Shown piece by piece: positions 13,076-26,898 of a DNA stretch of 64,000 nucleotides (the first letter of the stretch is position 1; each line of letters begins with the position of its first letter). Position numbers and translations under genes: made by a program. The stretch spans positions 15,996,001-16,060,000 of the forward strand of contig NC_086097.1 of the NCBI RefSeq assembly GCF_963921235.1, in the 5' to 3' direction. The DNA comes from Mobula hypostoma (lineage: Eukaryota). The notes beneath the pieces are model-generated. The model worked only from the letters and a program-made list of their open reading frames with translations, did not search any database and was not told the origin of the DNA.

Positions 13076-13325
13076 CCTCTATCAAAACTACACATTGGGG
13101 CCTCCATACTAGGCAGTTACGTAACCAGTCAGAATGCACTCCACCATACATCTGAAGAAATTTGTCTGAGTTCAAAGTTTGAAGTAAATTTATTATCAAA
13201 GTATGTAAATGTTACCATACCCTATGATTCAGTTTCTTGCAGGCATTCACCGTAGAACAAAGGAATACAACAAAATGAAAAACTACACACAAAGACTGAC
13301 AAACAATCAATGTGTATTATAGGGA

Positions 13326-13486
13326 AAAAAACGCAAACAACAGGAATTCTGCAGATGCTGGAAATTCAAGCAACACACATAAAAGTTGCTGGTGAACGCA
13401 GCATCTCTAGGAAACGTCGACTGCACCTCTTCCTAGAGATGCTGCCTGGCCTGCTGCGTTCACCAGCAACTTTTATGTGTGCTTCT
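13326..13486. mobile_element. Miniature inverted Penelope pLTR tail insertion
   Basis: Two oppositely oriented copies of the Penelope tail, with a 13-bp TSD tgtattataggga (13313-13325 and 13487-13499). Confidence 0.85.
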
Positions 13487-13744
13487 TGTATTATAGGGAT
13501 GCAGGTTCGCAGGTTCAGTAAGTGGGACAGAAGACACAGATTATGAATAAGCATATTAACCATGCTTACAGACATACAGTAAAACACTCAATCAAGCATC
13601 TAAGTCAAACAAGTACTCACCTAAGCCATTCTTAGTTACAAAAACTATGACACTAAACATTCAGTAGCACTTCAAACTTAACAGTTACTTTGTTAAGTCT
13701 CCCCAAGTTACACAACTACAAAACTAAACATTTGATCATTCAAT

Positions 13745-14848
13745 AAGCTACAAAACCTGGGCCTCTGTACCTCCCTCTGCAATTGGATCCTCGACTTCCT
13801 AACTGGAAAACCAGAATCTCAATGGAATAGTAATAACATCTTCTCCTCGCTGATGATCAACATTGGTGCACCTCAAGGTTGTGGGCTTAGCCCACTGCAC
13901 TACTCTCTCTATATCAATGACTGTGTGGCTAGGTATGGCTCAAATGTCATCTATAAATTTGCTGATGATACAACCATTGTAGGCAGAATCTCAGATGGAG
14001 ATAAGAGGGCATACAGGAGGGAAATATACCAGTTAGATGGGTGGTGCCGCAGCACAACATTTCACTTAACATCATTAAGACCATAGAGCTGATTGTGGAT
14101 TTCAGGAAGGGTAAGATGAGGGAACACAAACCAATCTCAAGGGATCAGAAGTAGAGAGAGTGAGCAATTTCAAATTCCTGGGTGTCAAGATCTCTGTGGA
14201 TCTAACCTGGTCCCAACATATTGATGCAGCTATAAAGAAGGCAAGACAGCGGTTATATTTCACTAGGAGTGTAAAGAGATTTGTTTTGTCATTTAAAACA
14301 TGAGAAAACTTTTACAGATGTACTGCAGAGAACATTCTGACAGGCTGCATCACTGTCTGGTTTGGGATGGGGGGTGGGTTGTTACTGCACAACATTGAAA
14401 GAAGCTAAAAAAGTTGTAAAGTTAGTCAGCTCTGTCTTGGGTACTAGCTTCCACAGTATCCAAGACATCTTCAAGGAACAGTGCCTCAGAAAGGCGGCGT
14501 CCATTATTAAGGACACCCATTACCCAAGACTTGCCCTTTTCACATTGTTACCATCAGAAAGGAGGAAGAGAAGCCTGAAGACACACACTCAGCAATTCAG
14601 AAGCAGCTTCTTCCCCTCTGCCATCTGATTCCTAAATGGAATTTGAACTATTTCACTTTTTAAAATATATATTATTTCTGTTTTTGCATTATTTTTAATT
14701 TAACTGCTTGATATTCATATATATATTTATTATAATTGATTTACTTGTTACTTTTTTCTACATTATCATGTATTGCATGGTACTGCTCCTGCTAAGTTAT
14801 CAAATTTCATGATACATGCTGGTGATATTAAATCTGATTCTGATTCAA
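13745..14848 (+). mobile_element. Rex-Babar/L2-like LINE 3' half
   Basis: GAPQGCGLSP and YKFADD motifs; (ctgatt)n tail. Confidence 0.82.
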
Positions 14849-14962
14849 CAGAGTTATTTAGCTAAGTGTGTGTTTGTGCCCTCCTATATCTGCAGCACAT
14901 TTTCCCAAAGGTTCTTCAACAATGGTGCCAATCTCTGTGTGAAGATGAGTCCCTGGTGATGA

Positions 14963-14973
14963 AGGGGGGGGGG

Positions 14974-15007
<34 letters not shown>
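14963..15007. repeat. poly(G) plus (GA)n microsatellite
   Basis: Read directly from the sequence. Confidence 0.95.
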
Positions 15008-15009
<2 letters not shown>

Positions 15010-15340
15010 CTTGCATAGCTATTCTGATAACCCTAATTCACCCGAAACCGAGCACCAGGGCCGTGGTGCACAAGGCAACCAATGGGAAAGAGGTGCTGGA
15101 TCCTTTGAATGGGCAAATGAACAATCAGCACAGTGGAAGCGACATTCCACCAGCACATAAGGCAACCTTTCACATTACAATAAATAAATAAATAATGTTG
15201 AGAACATGAGTTATAGAGTTCTTGAAAGTGAGTCTACAAGGTATGGAATCGTTTCACTGTTGAGTGATATAATCCACACTGGTTCACATACCAAATCTCA
15301 TCACACTCCTAATCAAGTAAAGCCACAGATGTGCCTTCTA

Positions 15341-18300
15341 CATAGAATCATAGCAAAGAACAGCACAGAAACAGGCCCATCTTCCCTTCTAATCCATGCC
15401 AAAAACATTTAAATTGCTTACTCCCATTGCCTGCACTGGGACCATAGCCCTCCATGCCCCTGCTATTCATGTACCTATCCAAACTTCTCTTAAATGTTGA
15501 ACTCAAGCTCACATGCACAACTTGTGCTGGCAGCTCATTTCACACTCACGACCTTCTGAGTGAAGGTTTCCCCTCGTGTTCCCCTTTAACTTTTCATCTT
15601 TCACCCTTAACTCATGACCTCTGGTTGTAGTCCCCCCCCCCCAACTTCAGTGGAAAAAGCCTGTTTGCATTCACCCAAATATACCTACATAATTTTGCAT
15701 CTATCAAATCTCAATCTTCTACGTTCTAAGGAATACAGTCCTAACCTATTCAATCTTTCCTTATAACTCAGGTCCTCCAGTCTAGGCAACATCCTTGTAA
15801 ACTTTCTCTGCACTCTTTCAACCTTGTTTACATCTTTCCTGGTAGGTGACCAAAACTGCACACAATACTCCAAATCAGGCCTCACCAACATCTTATACAA
15901 CTTCAACGCAACATCCCATCTCCTGTACTCAATACATTGATTTATAAAGGCCAATGTGCCTAAAGCTCTCTTTACGACCCTATCTACAGGGCTGCCACTT
16001 TCAATGATCCCTTTGTTCTACCACACTCCTCAGTGCTCTACCATTCACTGTGTACGACCTACCCTGGTTGATCCGACCAAAGTGCAACACCTTGCACATG
16101 TCTGCGTTACATTCTATCTACCAATTTGCAGCCGATTTTTTCCAGTTGATGCAGATCCCTATGCAAGCCATGATAGCCTTCCTCATTGTCCACTACACCC
16201 CCAATCTGAGAGTTATCCATAAATTTGCTGATCTAGTTAAACACATTTTTGTCTAGATCATTGACCTATGACAAACAGCAACAGACCCAGCACCGATCCC
16301 TGCAGCACAAAACTAGTCACAGGCCTCCAGTACCATCTACTATGACTCTCTGGCTTTTCCCACAAAGCCAATGTCTAATCCAATTTACTACTTCATTTTG
16401 AATGCTGAGCAACTGAACCTTCTTAACCAACCTCCCATGTGAGACCTTGCCAAATGCCTTGCTAAACTCCAGGGAGACAACATCCACTGCCTTGTCTTCG
16501 ACAACTTTCCTGGTAACTTCCTCAAAAAACCCCATAAGATTGTTAGATATGACCTACCACACACAAAGCCTTGCTGACTATCCTTAATAAGTCCATGTCT
16601 ATCCAAACAGTCCCTTAGAATACCTTCCAATAACTTTCCCACAACTGATGTCAGGGTCACCGGCCTATAAGTTCCTAGTTTATGTTTAGAGTCTTTTATA
16701 AACAGCGGAACCACATTGGCTATCCTCTAATCCTCTGCTACCTCTCCTGTTGCTAAGGATGCTTTAAGTATCGCTGCTAGGACCCTGACAATTTCTGCAC
16801 CTGTATCCCATAGGGTCCGAAGGAACACCTTGCCTCACTTCTATAGACTCTGTGTCCATTCCCTGAGTAAATACAGATGCAAAAAAAATTACTTAAGATC
16901 TCCCCCATCTGTTTAGGCTCTACATATGGGCTACCATTCTGATCTTCCAGAGGACCAATTTTGTCCCTTGCAATCCTTTTGCTCTTAACATATTCATTGA
17001 ATCCCTTAGGAGTCTCCTTTACCTTGTCTGCTAGAGCAACTTCATGCCTTCTTTTAGCCCTCCTGATGTATTTCTTAAGTACACTCTTGCATTTCTTATG
17101 CTCCATAAGCACCTCATTTGCTCCTACCTGCCTATACATGCTATGCACTTCCTTTTTTCTCTCAACCAGGGCCTCAATATCTCTTGAAACCCAAAGTTCC
17201 CAACACTTGTTATCTTTACCTCTTATTCTGACAGGCACATACAAGCTTGTATTCTCAAAAGTTCACTTTTAAAGACCTCCCATTTACCAAGTACAGCTTT
17301 GCTAGAAAACAGCCTGTCCCAATTCACACTTGCCAGATCACTTCTGATATCAAAATTGGCCTTTCTCCAATTTAGATTCTCATCCCAAGGACCAGACCTA
17401 TCATTTTGCATATTTATTTTGAAACTAATGGCACTGTGGTCATTAGATGGAAAGTGTTCTCCTATATAATCTTCTGTCACCTTCTCTATCTCATTGCCAA
17501 ATAGCAGATTCATTATTGCACTCCCTCTCATTAGGACTTCTAAGTACTGAAGAAGGAAACTTCCCTGAACACATTTGACAAATTCTACCCCACTTAGTCC
17601 TTTTACAGTATGGGATTCCCAGGAAAATTCAGATCACCTACTATAACAACCTTATGCTTCTTGTAACAATCCGAGACTTCTCTACAAATGTATTCCTCTA
17701 AATCTTTAGGACTGTTGGCTCGTCTGTAATATTGTACTATTAATATAGTCATACCTTTTTTATTTCTCAGTTCCACCCATAATGCCTCAGTAGTTGAGTT
17801 CCCCAGTCTGTCCTGACAGAACACTGCCGTGATCTTTTCCCTGACTAATAATAACACCCCCCTTTAATCCCTCCCACTCTGTCACGTTTAAAACAATGGA
17901 ACCCCACCATATTAAGTTGCCAGTTCTGCCTCTCCTGCAATCAAGTCTCAATAATGGTTACAGTGTCATAATTCTAAGTGTTGATGTGAGCCTTTCCTCT
18001 GGTACTTCTTGCATTTAAATATACACAGCTCTGGACACTAGTCGCACCATGCTCAACCTTTTGACTGTTGATTTTCTATGCAAGCTTAACAACATCTGTC
18101 TCCACAACCTCTCCACTAACTGTTTTGGCACTCTGGTTTCCATTCCCCTGCAACTCTAGTTTAAACCCTATTGTGCAGCACAAGCAAACCTTCCCACTAG
18201 GAAATTAGTTCCCAATTTCAGGTGCAAACAATCTCTTCTCTACAGAACCCACATTCTCTGAAAGAGAGCCCAACGATCCAACAATTTTATGCCCTCCCTC

Positions 18301-18900
18301 CTCACCAACTCCTTAGCTATATACTAAACTGTATAATCTTTCTAGTTCTGGCCTCACTAGCACGTGGCATGGGTAGAAGGCCTGAGATCACAACCGTGAA
18401 GGTCCTTCCCTTTAACTTAACAACTAACTCCCTGAACTCACTATGCAGAACCTTGTCACTCATCCTACCTATGTCATCGGTACCTACATGGACCACTACC
18501 CCCGGCTGTTTAACCTCCCACTTAAAATTGCTGAGGACTCGATCCGAGATGTCCTGGACCTTGGCATCCAGGAGGCAACATACCATCCGGGAATCTCGTT
18601 CTCACCCACAGAACCTCCTTTCTGTTCCTTAACTAATAAATCCCATATCACCACACCGCGCCTCTTCTCCCCACTTCCCTTCTGAATCACAGAGCCAGGC
18701 TCAGTTCCAGAGACCCTACTGCTGTGACTTTCCTCTCCCAGGTCATTCCCCCAGCAGACGCAGCACCCATCCCTGCAGCACAACACTAGTCACAGGCCTT
18801 CAGTCAGAGAGGTACAGGGACTCCTGTGATGAGGGAGCTAGCCACGGGTGGACTTTTCACTGGCTCCTTAATTCCTTTCCCCTTCCTGACTGTCACCCAT
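15341..18900 (-). mobile_element. Near full-length decayed CR1 LINE (ORF1 SGNH-esterase-like region plus ORF2)
   Basis: ORF1: MVCCL..VVVHVGTDD..ISGLLP. ORF2: VGDLNFP, YRPVTLTS and [15 protein letters not shown], in colinear order. Confidence 0.88.
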
Positions 18901-19369
18901 TTTCCTGCCTGACATCTCTACTGTTCTAACTGATCAAATGTAAAGAATAAATTCATGATTGCATCAATAAGTTGGGTCCAGGATAGATCCTTAGAGATGT
19001 TGATGCCCAGGAACTTGAAGGTGCGCACCCTTTCCATTGCTGCTTTCTCAATGAGGACTGGTATGTATATTCCTGAATCTCCCGTGAAATACACAACTGA
19101 CTTGATTTGTCTTCAAACCTGCTACAGAAGTTCTACATAGTTTTATCTACAGGTTTCTTGTGGGGTTCTATTGTTTCTAAATCTATGTGGCAGAATTAAA
19201 GGTTTCAAAATTCTTGGGGATATCCATGTTTCCTCATTGAAGAATGTGTCATATTATTCTAAGTGTTAGAGCATAATTAGACTGAATCAGGATCAGGATT
19301 ATTGTCACTAATACAGGTCATGAAACTTGTTGTTTTGTGGCAGCAGTATAGTACAGGCATAACAAATCA

Positions 19370-21608
19370 TAGCACTAAAAATGAATAAATTGGATCAGTA
19401 CTTGGAGCTATGATGTTATGGTCATTACAGAGACTTGGATGGCTCGGGGGCAGGAATGGTTATTTCATGTGCCAGGCTTCAGATGTTTCAGAAAGCCCAG
19501 GGAGGGAGGCAAAAGAGGTGGGGCGTGGCACTGTTGATCAGAGATAGTGTCACGGTTGCAGAAAAGGAGGAAGTCATGGAGGGATTGTCTACTGAGTATC
19601 TGTGGATGACAGTTAGGAATAGGAAGGGGTCAATAACTCTACTGGTTTTTTTTATAGACCACCCAATAGTAACAGGGACATCAAGGAGAAGATAGGGAGA
19701 CATATTCTGGAAAGGTGTAATAATAACAGGGTTGTCCTGGTGGGAGATTTTAATTTCCCAAATATTGATTGGCATCTCCCTAGAGCAAGGGATTTAGATG
19801 GGGTGGAGTTTGTTAGGTGTGTTCAGGAAGGTTTCTTGACACAATATGTAGATGAGCCTACAAGAGGAGAGGCTGTACTTTATCTGGTATTGGGAAATGA
19901 ACCTGGTCAGGTGTCAGGTCTCTCAGTGAGAGAACATTTTGGAGATAGTGATCACAATTCTATCTCCTTTACCATAGCATTGGAGAGGGATAGGAACAGA
20001 CAAGTTAAGAAAGGGTTTAATTGGAATAAGGGGAAATATGAGGCTATCAGGCCTGAACCTGGAAGCATAAATTGCGAACAGATGTTCTCAGGGAAATGTA
20101 CAGAATAAAGGTGGCAAATGTTCAGGGGATATTTGAGTGTAGTTCTGCATAGGTATATTCCAATGAGACAGGGAGAGGATGGTATGGTACAGAAACCATG
20201 GTGTATAAAGGCTGTGGTAAATCTAGTCAAGAAGAAAAGAAAAGTTTAGGAAAGGTTCAAAAAACTATGCAATGATAGAGATCTAGAAGATTATAAGGCT
20301 AGGAGGAAAGAGTTTAAGAATGAAATTAGGAGAGCCAGAAGGGGCCATGAGAAGGCCTTGGCAGACAGGATTAAGGAAAACCCCAAGGCATTCTACAAGT
20401 ATGTGAAGAGCAAGAGGATAAGACGTGAAAGAATAGGACTAATCAAGTGTGACAATGGAAAAGTGTGTATGGAACTAGAGGAGATAGCAGAGGTACTTAT
20501 TGAATATTTTTCTTCAGTATTCATTACAGAAAAGGATCTTGGTGATTGTAGAGATGACTTACAGCCAACTGAAAAGCTTGAGCATATAGATATTAAGAAA
20601 GAGGATGTGCTGGACCTTTTGGAACACATCAAGTTGGATGAGTCACCGGGACCGGACGAGATGTACCCCAGGCTACTGTGGGAGGTGAGGGAGGAGATTG
20701 CTGAGCCTTTGGCGATCATCTTTGCATCATCAATGGGGACGGGAGAGGTTCCGGAGGATTGAAGGGTTGCGGATGTTGTTCCCTTATTCAAGCAAGGGAA
20801 TAGAGATAGCCCAGGAAATTATAGACCAGTGAGTCATACTTCAGTGGTTAGTAAGTTGATGGAAAAGATCCAGAGAGACAGAATTTACGAACATTTGGAG
20901 AGGCATAATATGATTAGGAATAATCAGCATGGCTTTGTCAAGGGCAGGTCGTGCCTTACGAGCCTGATTGAAATTTTGAGGATGTGACTAAACACATTGA
21001 TGAAGGAAGAGCAGTAGAAGTACTGTATATGGATTTCAGCAAGGCATTTATTAGGTACCCCATGCAAGGCTTACTGAGAAAGTAAGGAGACATAGGATCC
21101 AAGGGGACATTGCTTTGTGGATCCAGGACTGGCTTGCCCACAGAAGGAAAAGAGTGGTTGTAGATGGGTCATATTCTGCATCGAGGTCAGTGACCAGTGG
21201 TGTGCCTCAGGGATCTGTTCTGGGACCCCTTCTCCTCATGACTTTTATAAATGACCTGGATGAGGAAGTGGAGGGAAGGGTTAGTAAATTTGTTGATGAC
21301 ACAAAGGTTGGGGGTTTTGTGATTAGTGTGGAGGGCTGTCAGGCGTTACAGCGGGACATTGATAGGATGCAAAACTGGGCTGAGAAATGGCAGATGGAGT
21401 TCAACCCAGATAAGTGTGAGGTTTTTCATTTTAGTAGGTCAATTATAATGGCAGATTATAGTATTAATGGCAAGACTCTTAGCAGTGTGGAGGATCAGAG
21501 GGATGTTGGGATCCGAGTCCATAGGACACTCAAAGCTGCTGCACAGGTTGACTCGGTGGTTAATAAGGCATACAGTGCATTGGCATTCATCAGTCGTGGG
21601 ACTGAGTT
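19370..21608 (+). mobile_element. CR1 LINE ORF2 fragment (endonuclease and RT)
   Basis: GDFNFP, SDHN, SGVPQGSVLGP and KFVDD motifs. Confidence 0.9.
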
Positions 21609-21970
21609 CAGAATCAGAATCAGGTTTATTATTACTGGCATGTGACGTGAAATCTATTAACTTAGCAGCAGCAGTTCAATACAATACATAATCTAGCAGG
21701 GAGAGAGAAAAAAAAAAAATAAATAAAATAAAACATAATAATAAACAAGTAAATCAATTACATTTATTGAACAGATTTTTTAAAATGTGCAAAAACAGAA
21801 ATATTATATATTAAAAAATTGAGGTAGTGTCCAAAGCTTCAACGTCCATTTAGGAATCGGATGGCAGAGGGGAAGAAGCTGTTCCTGAATCGCTAAGTGT
21901 GTGTCTTCGGGCTTCTGTATCTCCTATCTGATGGTAGCAGTGAGAAAAAGGCATGCCCTGGGTGCTGGAG
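21609..21970 (-). mobile_element. Rex-Babar/L2-like LINE 3' end
   Basis: (cagaat)n tail; reverse complement of the 14500-14848 type 3' end. Confidence 0.75.
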
Positions 21971-21994
21971 CACCCCACCCCTAAGACACTTTCA

Positions 21995-22672
21995 GACAGA
22001 GTTGGTGGTGAGGAAGACAAATGCAATGTCAGCATTCATTTCAAGAGGTCTGTTATACAAGAGCAGGGATGTGATGCTGAGGCTTTATAAGGCACTGGTG
22101 AGGCCTCAACCTAAATATGGTGAACAGTTCTGGGCTCCAGATGTGCTGGCATTGAAGAGGTTTCAGAGGAAGTTCACAAGGATGATTCTGGGAATGAAAG
22201 AGTTATCATACAAGGAGCATTTAATAGCTCTGGGTCTGTACTCGCTGAAATTTAGAAGGATATGGGGGGATCTCATTGAAACCTTTCGAGCGTTGAAAGG
22301 CCTAGATAGACTAGATGTGGAATGGATGTTTCCCATGGTAGGGGAGTCTAGGACAAGAGGGCACAGCCTCAGGATAGGGAGGCATCCATTTAAAACAGAT
22401 ATTGTGAAATTTCTTTAGCCAGAGGTTGGTGAATTTGTGGAATTTGTTACCACAAGCAGCTGTGGAGGCGAGGTCATTGGGTGTACCTAAGGCAGAGCTT
22501 GGTAGGTTCTTGACTAGACACGGCTTGATAGGTTCTTGATTGGACATGGCATCAAAGGTTACGGGGAGAAGGCCAGTGGGGCTGAGGAGGGAAAATAAAG
22601 GATCAGCCATGATTGAATGGTGGAGCACACTCGATGGGCCAAATGGCCTAATTCTACTCCTATGTCTTATGG
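21995..22672 (+). mobile_element. CR1 LINE 3' fragment
   Basis: LYKALVRP and SRTRGHSL motifs; 3' UTR ending tatgtcttatgg. Confidence 0.88.
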
Positions 22673-23119
22673 AATCCTGGAACACTGAGCTGCCAATCCT
22701 ACCCCTCCTGCAACCAAGTCTCACTAATAGCTACAATGTCATAATTCCGTGTGCTGATCCATAGTTTAAGCTCATCTGCCTTTCCTACAATACTCCTTGG
22801 ATTGAAATATATGCAACTCAGAACATTAGTCCCATCATGCTCAATCTTTCAATTTCAGACTTTCTATGTAGGCTTAACATCTTTTCCCACAACCGCTCCA
22901 TTATCTGCTCTGACACTCTAGTTCCCATCGCCCTGCAACTCTAGTTTAAAACACCGCCACCCTGAGCAGCACCTGCACACCTTCCCATAAGGATATTAGT
23001 CTCCCTCCAGTTCAGGTGGAAACCATCTCCTTAGTACAGGTTCTATCTTCCCTGGAAGTATTTCCCACAATATACGCATTTCATATGAAAGTAACAGCAA
23101 ATTCTAGGTGTAAGCTTAC

Positions 23120-23264
23120 CTGGCTTGGTATAATAGATATTGCTGGTGGAAGTTATGAAGATCACTGCATAGGAATAAGGACATGCAACTGCCTTGATGA
23201 CATAATCATTTTTCAATTTGATTAATAGATCAAATGAATTTCCACCATCCTTTGAATACCAAAC
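23120..23264 (-). CDS. CATSPERB: CATSPERB-like exon, VWYSKDGGNSFDLLIKLKNDYVIKAVACPYSYAVIFITSTSNIYYTKP(G), phase 0-1
   Basis: ttttcctttttcag acceptor, cag|gtaagc donor, 145 nt. Asp-box-like SxDGGxxF motif; matches the recalled IWLSVDGGNTF..VYSTKAG. Confidence 0.93.
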
Positions 23265-23579
23265 CTGAAAAAGGAAAATTGCTGAATTACTTCTGAAAAT
23301 ATTTGTTGTACAATACTGTATTTTCCCAGAACTTCACTGCTGACTTCAGAGGGCTCTGTGCATGAATTCAGAACCAATGTGTTAACTTGAAGTAAGCTCA
23401 CTGTGATGGCTACCATTAGCTAATATCATACCCTTTTTAATAACGTTGTCAGTTTAGTGTCAAATTTGTTTTTCTTTTAATCCTTTAAACAGCTGGAACT
23501 AATGGAAACAACACATATTTAAGACATTTCTATCAGCAGAAACAAGAGATCTTATTTCCATTAATATAGTACAAGGATG

Positions 23580-24130
23580 ATACACCCTGTACCTAACAAG
23601 GTGGCCACTAAATGTATGTCCATGGTCTTCTGATGCTGTAGTCCATCCACTTCAAGTTTCAACATGTTCTGCATTCAGAGATTCTCTTCTACATACCATT
23701 GCTGTAACACATGATTATTTGAGTTACTATCATCTTCCTGGCAGCTTGAACTAGTCTGGTCATTCTCCTCAGACTTGTCTCATTAACAAGGGGTTTTCAC
23801 TCACAGAAAATCCACTCACTGGGATGTTTTGTTTGTTTTTTTGTATCATTCCGTGTAAATTCTAGAGACTGTTGTGCTTGAAAATCCCAGGAGATCAGCA
23901 GTTTCTGAGATACTCAAACCACACCATCTGGCACCAACAATCATTCCAATGTCAGTCACCTAGATCACATTTCTTCCCCATTTTGATATTTGGTCTGAAC
24001 AACAACTGAATCTCTTGACCATGTCTGCATGCTTTTATGCATTGAGTTGCTGCCACATGATTGCCTGATTAGATATTTGCATGAATGAGCAGATGTACAG
24101 GTGTACCTAACAGAGTGGCCACTGAGTGTA
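23580..24130. mobile_element. Non-autonomous Tc1/mariner-like element remnant
   Basis: End motif gtacctaacagagtggccactgagtgTA, with a second internal copy at about 23589-23616. Recognised from memory of Tc1-type termini. Confidence 0.6.
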
Positions 24131-24589
24131 CATAGCAAATAGAGCTTAATGTTAAGCAGCAATGTAGATTAAGACATATCGCTCAGATGATATTATTTTT
24201 GATTTATTGAGAATAATAAAATAACTACTGTAATACATTATTTTAACTGAACACAATTTCTTTAATAGTGATTAGATTAGCTTCATTTGTCACATGAACA
24301 TTGTAACATCAAAACATACAGTGAAATGCGTAATTTGCATCAACGGCCAACACATCCAAGGATGTGCTAGGGCAGCCCACAAGCATCACTATGATCCCAG
24401 CAGCAACACAGTATGCCTACAGTTATTCCATATTAAATAAATTGGCTGCTTATTGCCATATTGAACATTCATCATTGGAAATAAGGCTACATATATAGAA
24501 GACAAGTCAATTTTGTCCATAAGTTGTAAATTGCACAGAAGTCATTTGATATGGTAACCATACCTTAATGCTATTGTTTTGAACGTCAT

Positions 24590-25510
24590 AGAGTTATAGA
24601 CCACTACAGCAGAAAAACAGGCCCTATGGGCCATCTATGTCAAACTATGATTCTGCCTAGTCCCATTGACCTGCTTCCAGACCAGAGCCCGCCATACCAC
24701 TCCCACCCATATAGTTATCCAAATTTCTCTTAAGTTTTGAAATCTAGCCTGCATCCACCATTTCTGTTGGCAGCTTGTTCCACACTCACACTACCTTCTG
24801 AATGAATAAGTGCCCCATCATGTTCTCCTGAAATATTTTACTTTTTACCCTTAACCCATGACGTCTAGTTTTAGTCTCACTTAACTTCAGTGGAAAAAGC
24901 ATTCTTGCATATACTATCTCTATACCCCTCATAATTTTATATACTTCTATGAAATCTTCCCTCATTCTCCTGCACTCCAGGGAATAAACTAACCAAATAA
25001 CATTTTCCTATAACTCAGATTCTCAAGTCATTGCAAATTTTCTATATACTCTTTCAAACTTCTTGATCTGTTTCCTGTAAATAGGTGATCAGAACTCCAC
25101 ACAATGTTCCAAATTAGGTTCACCAACATCTTATGCAACTTCAACATAACACCCCTACTCCTGTGCTCAATACTTTGATTTCTTAAGGCCAATGTGCCAA
25201 AAGCTCTCTTAATGCCCCTATTTACCTGTGATGCAATATTCAATGAATTATGCATCTATATTCTCAGATTCCTGTCCTCCTACACTCAGTGCCCTACTGT
25301 TCACAGTGTAAGTCCTACCCTGGTTTGTCCTCCCAAAGAGCAATGCCTCACACTTGTCTCCATTAAATTCCATCTGCTATTTTTCACCCCATTTTTCCAG
25401 CTGGTCCAGATCTCACTGAGAGCTTTGATAGCCTTCCCTGCTGTCAACTATGCCCCTATTCTTGGTTTCACCCAGAAATTTGCAGATCCAGTTTACCACA
25501 TTATCATCCA
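24590..25510 (-). mobile_element. Decayed CR1 3' half
   Basis: Reverse complement of CR1 RT C-terminus and 3' UTR, similar to 15341-16250. Confidence 0.8.
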
Positions 25511-26898
25511 ATATCATCAAAAATACGAGGCTGATAAAAGAGGAGAGAGAAAGGAAACTAGTTCTGCTGCTATTAGGAGTGAACATATGCAGATACAGCA
25601 GACTTTGAATTTAATAACATGGGAGCTCTTCGAATATAAGTTTGTAAGTCATACACTCTTAATATTATAACTTAAAATTATAAGTACCTTAATATTATAA
25701 TGGTCTTTAGCAAATACTCTGATCACTATTGGTAGAGAAGCAGGTGCTTGAAGCCCGCCAAGTATCCTTATACTCTGTTCCCATTTATTACTTTTGGATG
25801 ACTGGTCTATAAGTGATTGAGGAAATGGGAAATGGTGCTCACTTTATTCAATATTCAAACAATATTGCTTATTCTGTACTAATGTTATCTTGGTATTATT
25901 TCTAACTGTTTTACACTGGTTTAAAAAAGGATTATAGATGCTGCTTCTCTTATTTCTACTTTAGGAAAAAACTATTCTGGAACAACTTATGTTCATACAT
26001 ATTTTTTAACCTCCTGTGAGTTATTACCCATCTCAGACTTCTCTGGGAATTTTTTTCCCTGGAGATTTTCAGTAATTTATTACCTCCTTGCCCCTTTAAG
26101 TCTTAGTTTATCTTACTGCCTTTGCATTATACCATCATCCCTTCAAAACTAATCAATAAGCTCAAAGATCTTGATCCTAGGGCTACAGGGAGGGAGTCAC
26201 CTCTAGGTTGCAGGAAGCAGGTAAATGGGAGTTGGACTGTGTCCAATCCAATCAACAGGAGCACAAGAAGCAGAGATTACATTTAGGTCTGCAACGGAAG
26301 TTTTAAAAAGGCAGTGCTTCGCGGCAGTTTTCAGAGTTGGGGACTGCACCCAATCAGTGAGCAGGAGCATGTGAAAAAGACAGTTGTTCATTTAGGTCTG
26401 TGGCTGAAGTTTAAAAAGGCAACATTTCACAGCAGTTTTAGGAGTTGATCTGTGCCAATCAGTGAAAGAGTCTCATTAGAAAGGGTGAATTTGAAAAAGG
26501 CATGGGAGAAGCTGAAGTCAGATGTATCAGTATTACAGCAGAGTAAAGGGAATCACAGAGGCATGAGCAAGCACTGGCCAAAACTGATTGCAAGGGAACA
26601 CTATCAGGGATGATGGCAGAACAGCAATGTCTGGAACTTCTGGGAGCATTTCGGAAGGCACAGGACAAAATATATTCCAAAGAAGAAGTAGCATTCCAAA
26701 GGCAGTATGTTGCAATTGTAGTTGGCAAGAGAAGCCAACATTAAGATCCAAAGACAGGGCATATAATAAAGCAAAAATTAGTGGGAAGTTAGAGGATTGG
26801 GAAGTTTTTAAAAACCAACAACATGTAACTAAAAAAGTCATAAAGAATAAAAAGATGGAATATGAATGTAAGCTAGCCAATAATATTAAAGAGGATAC

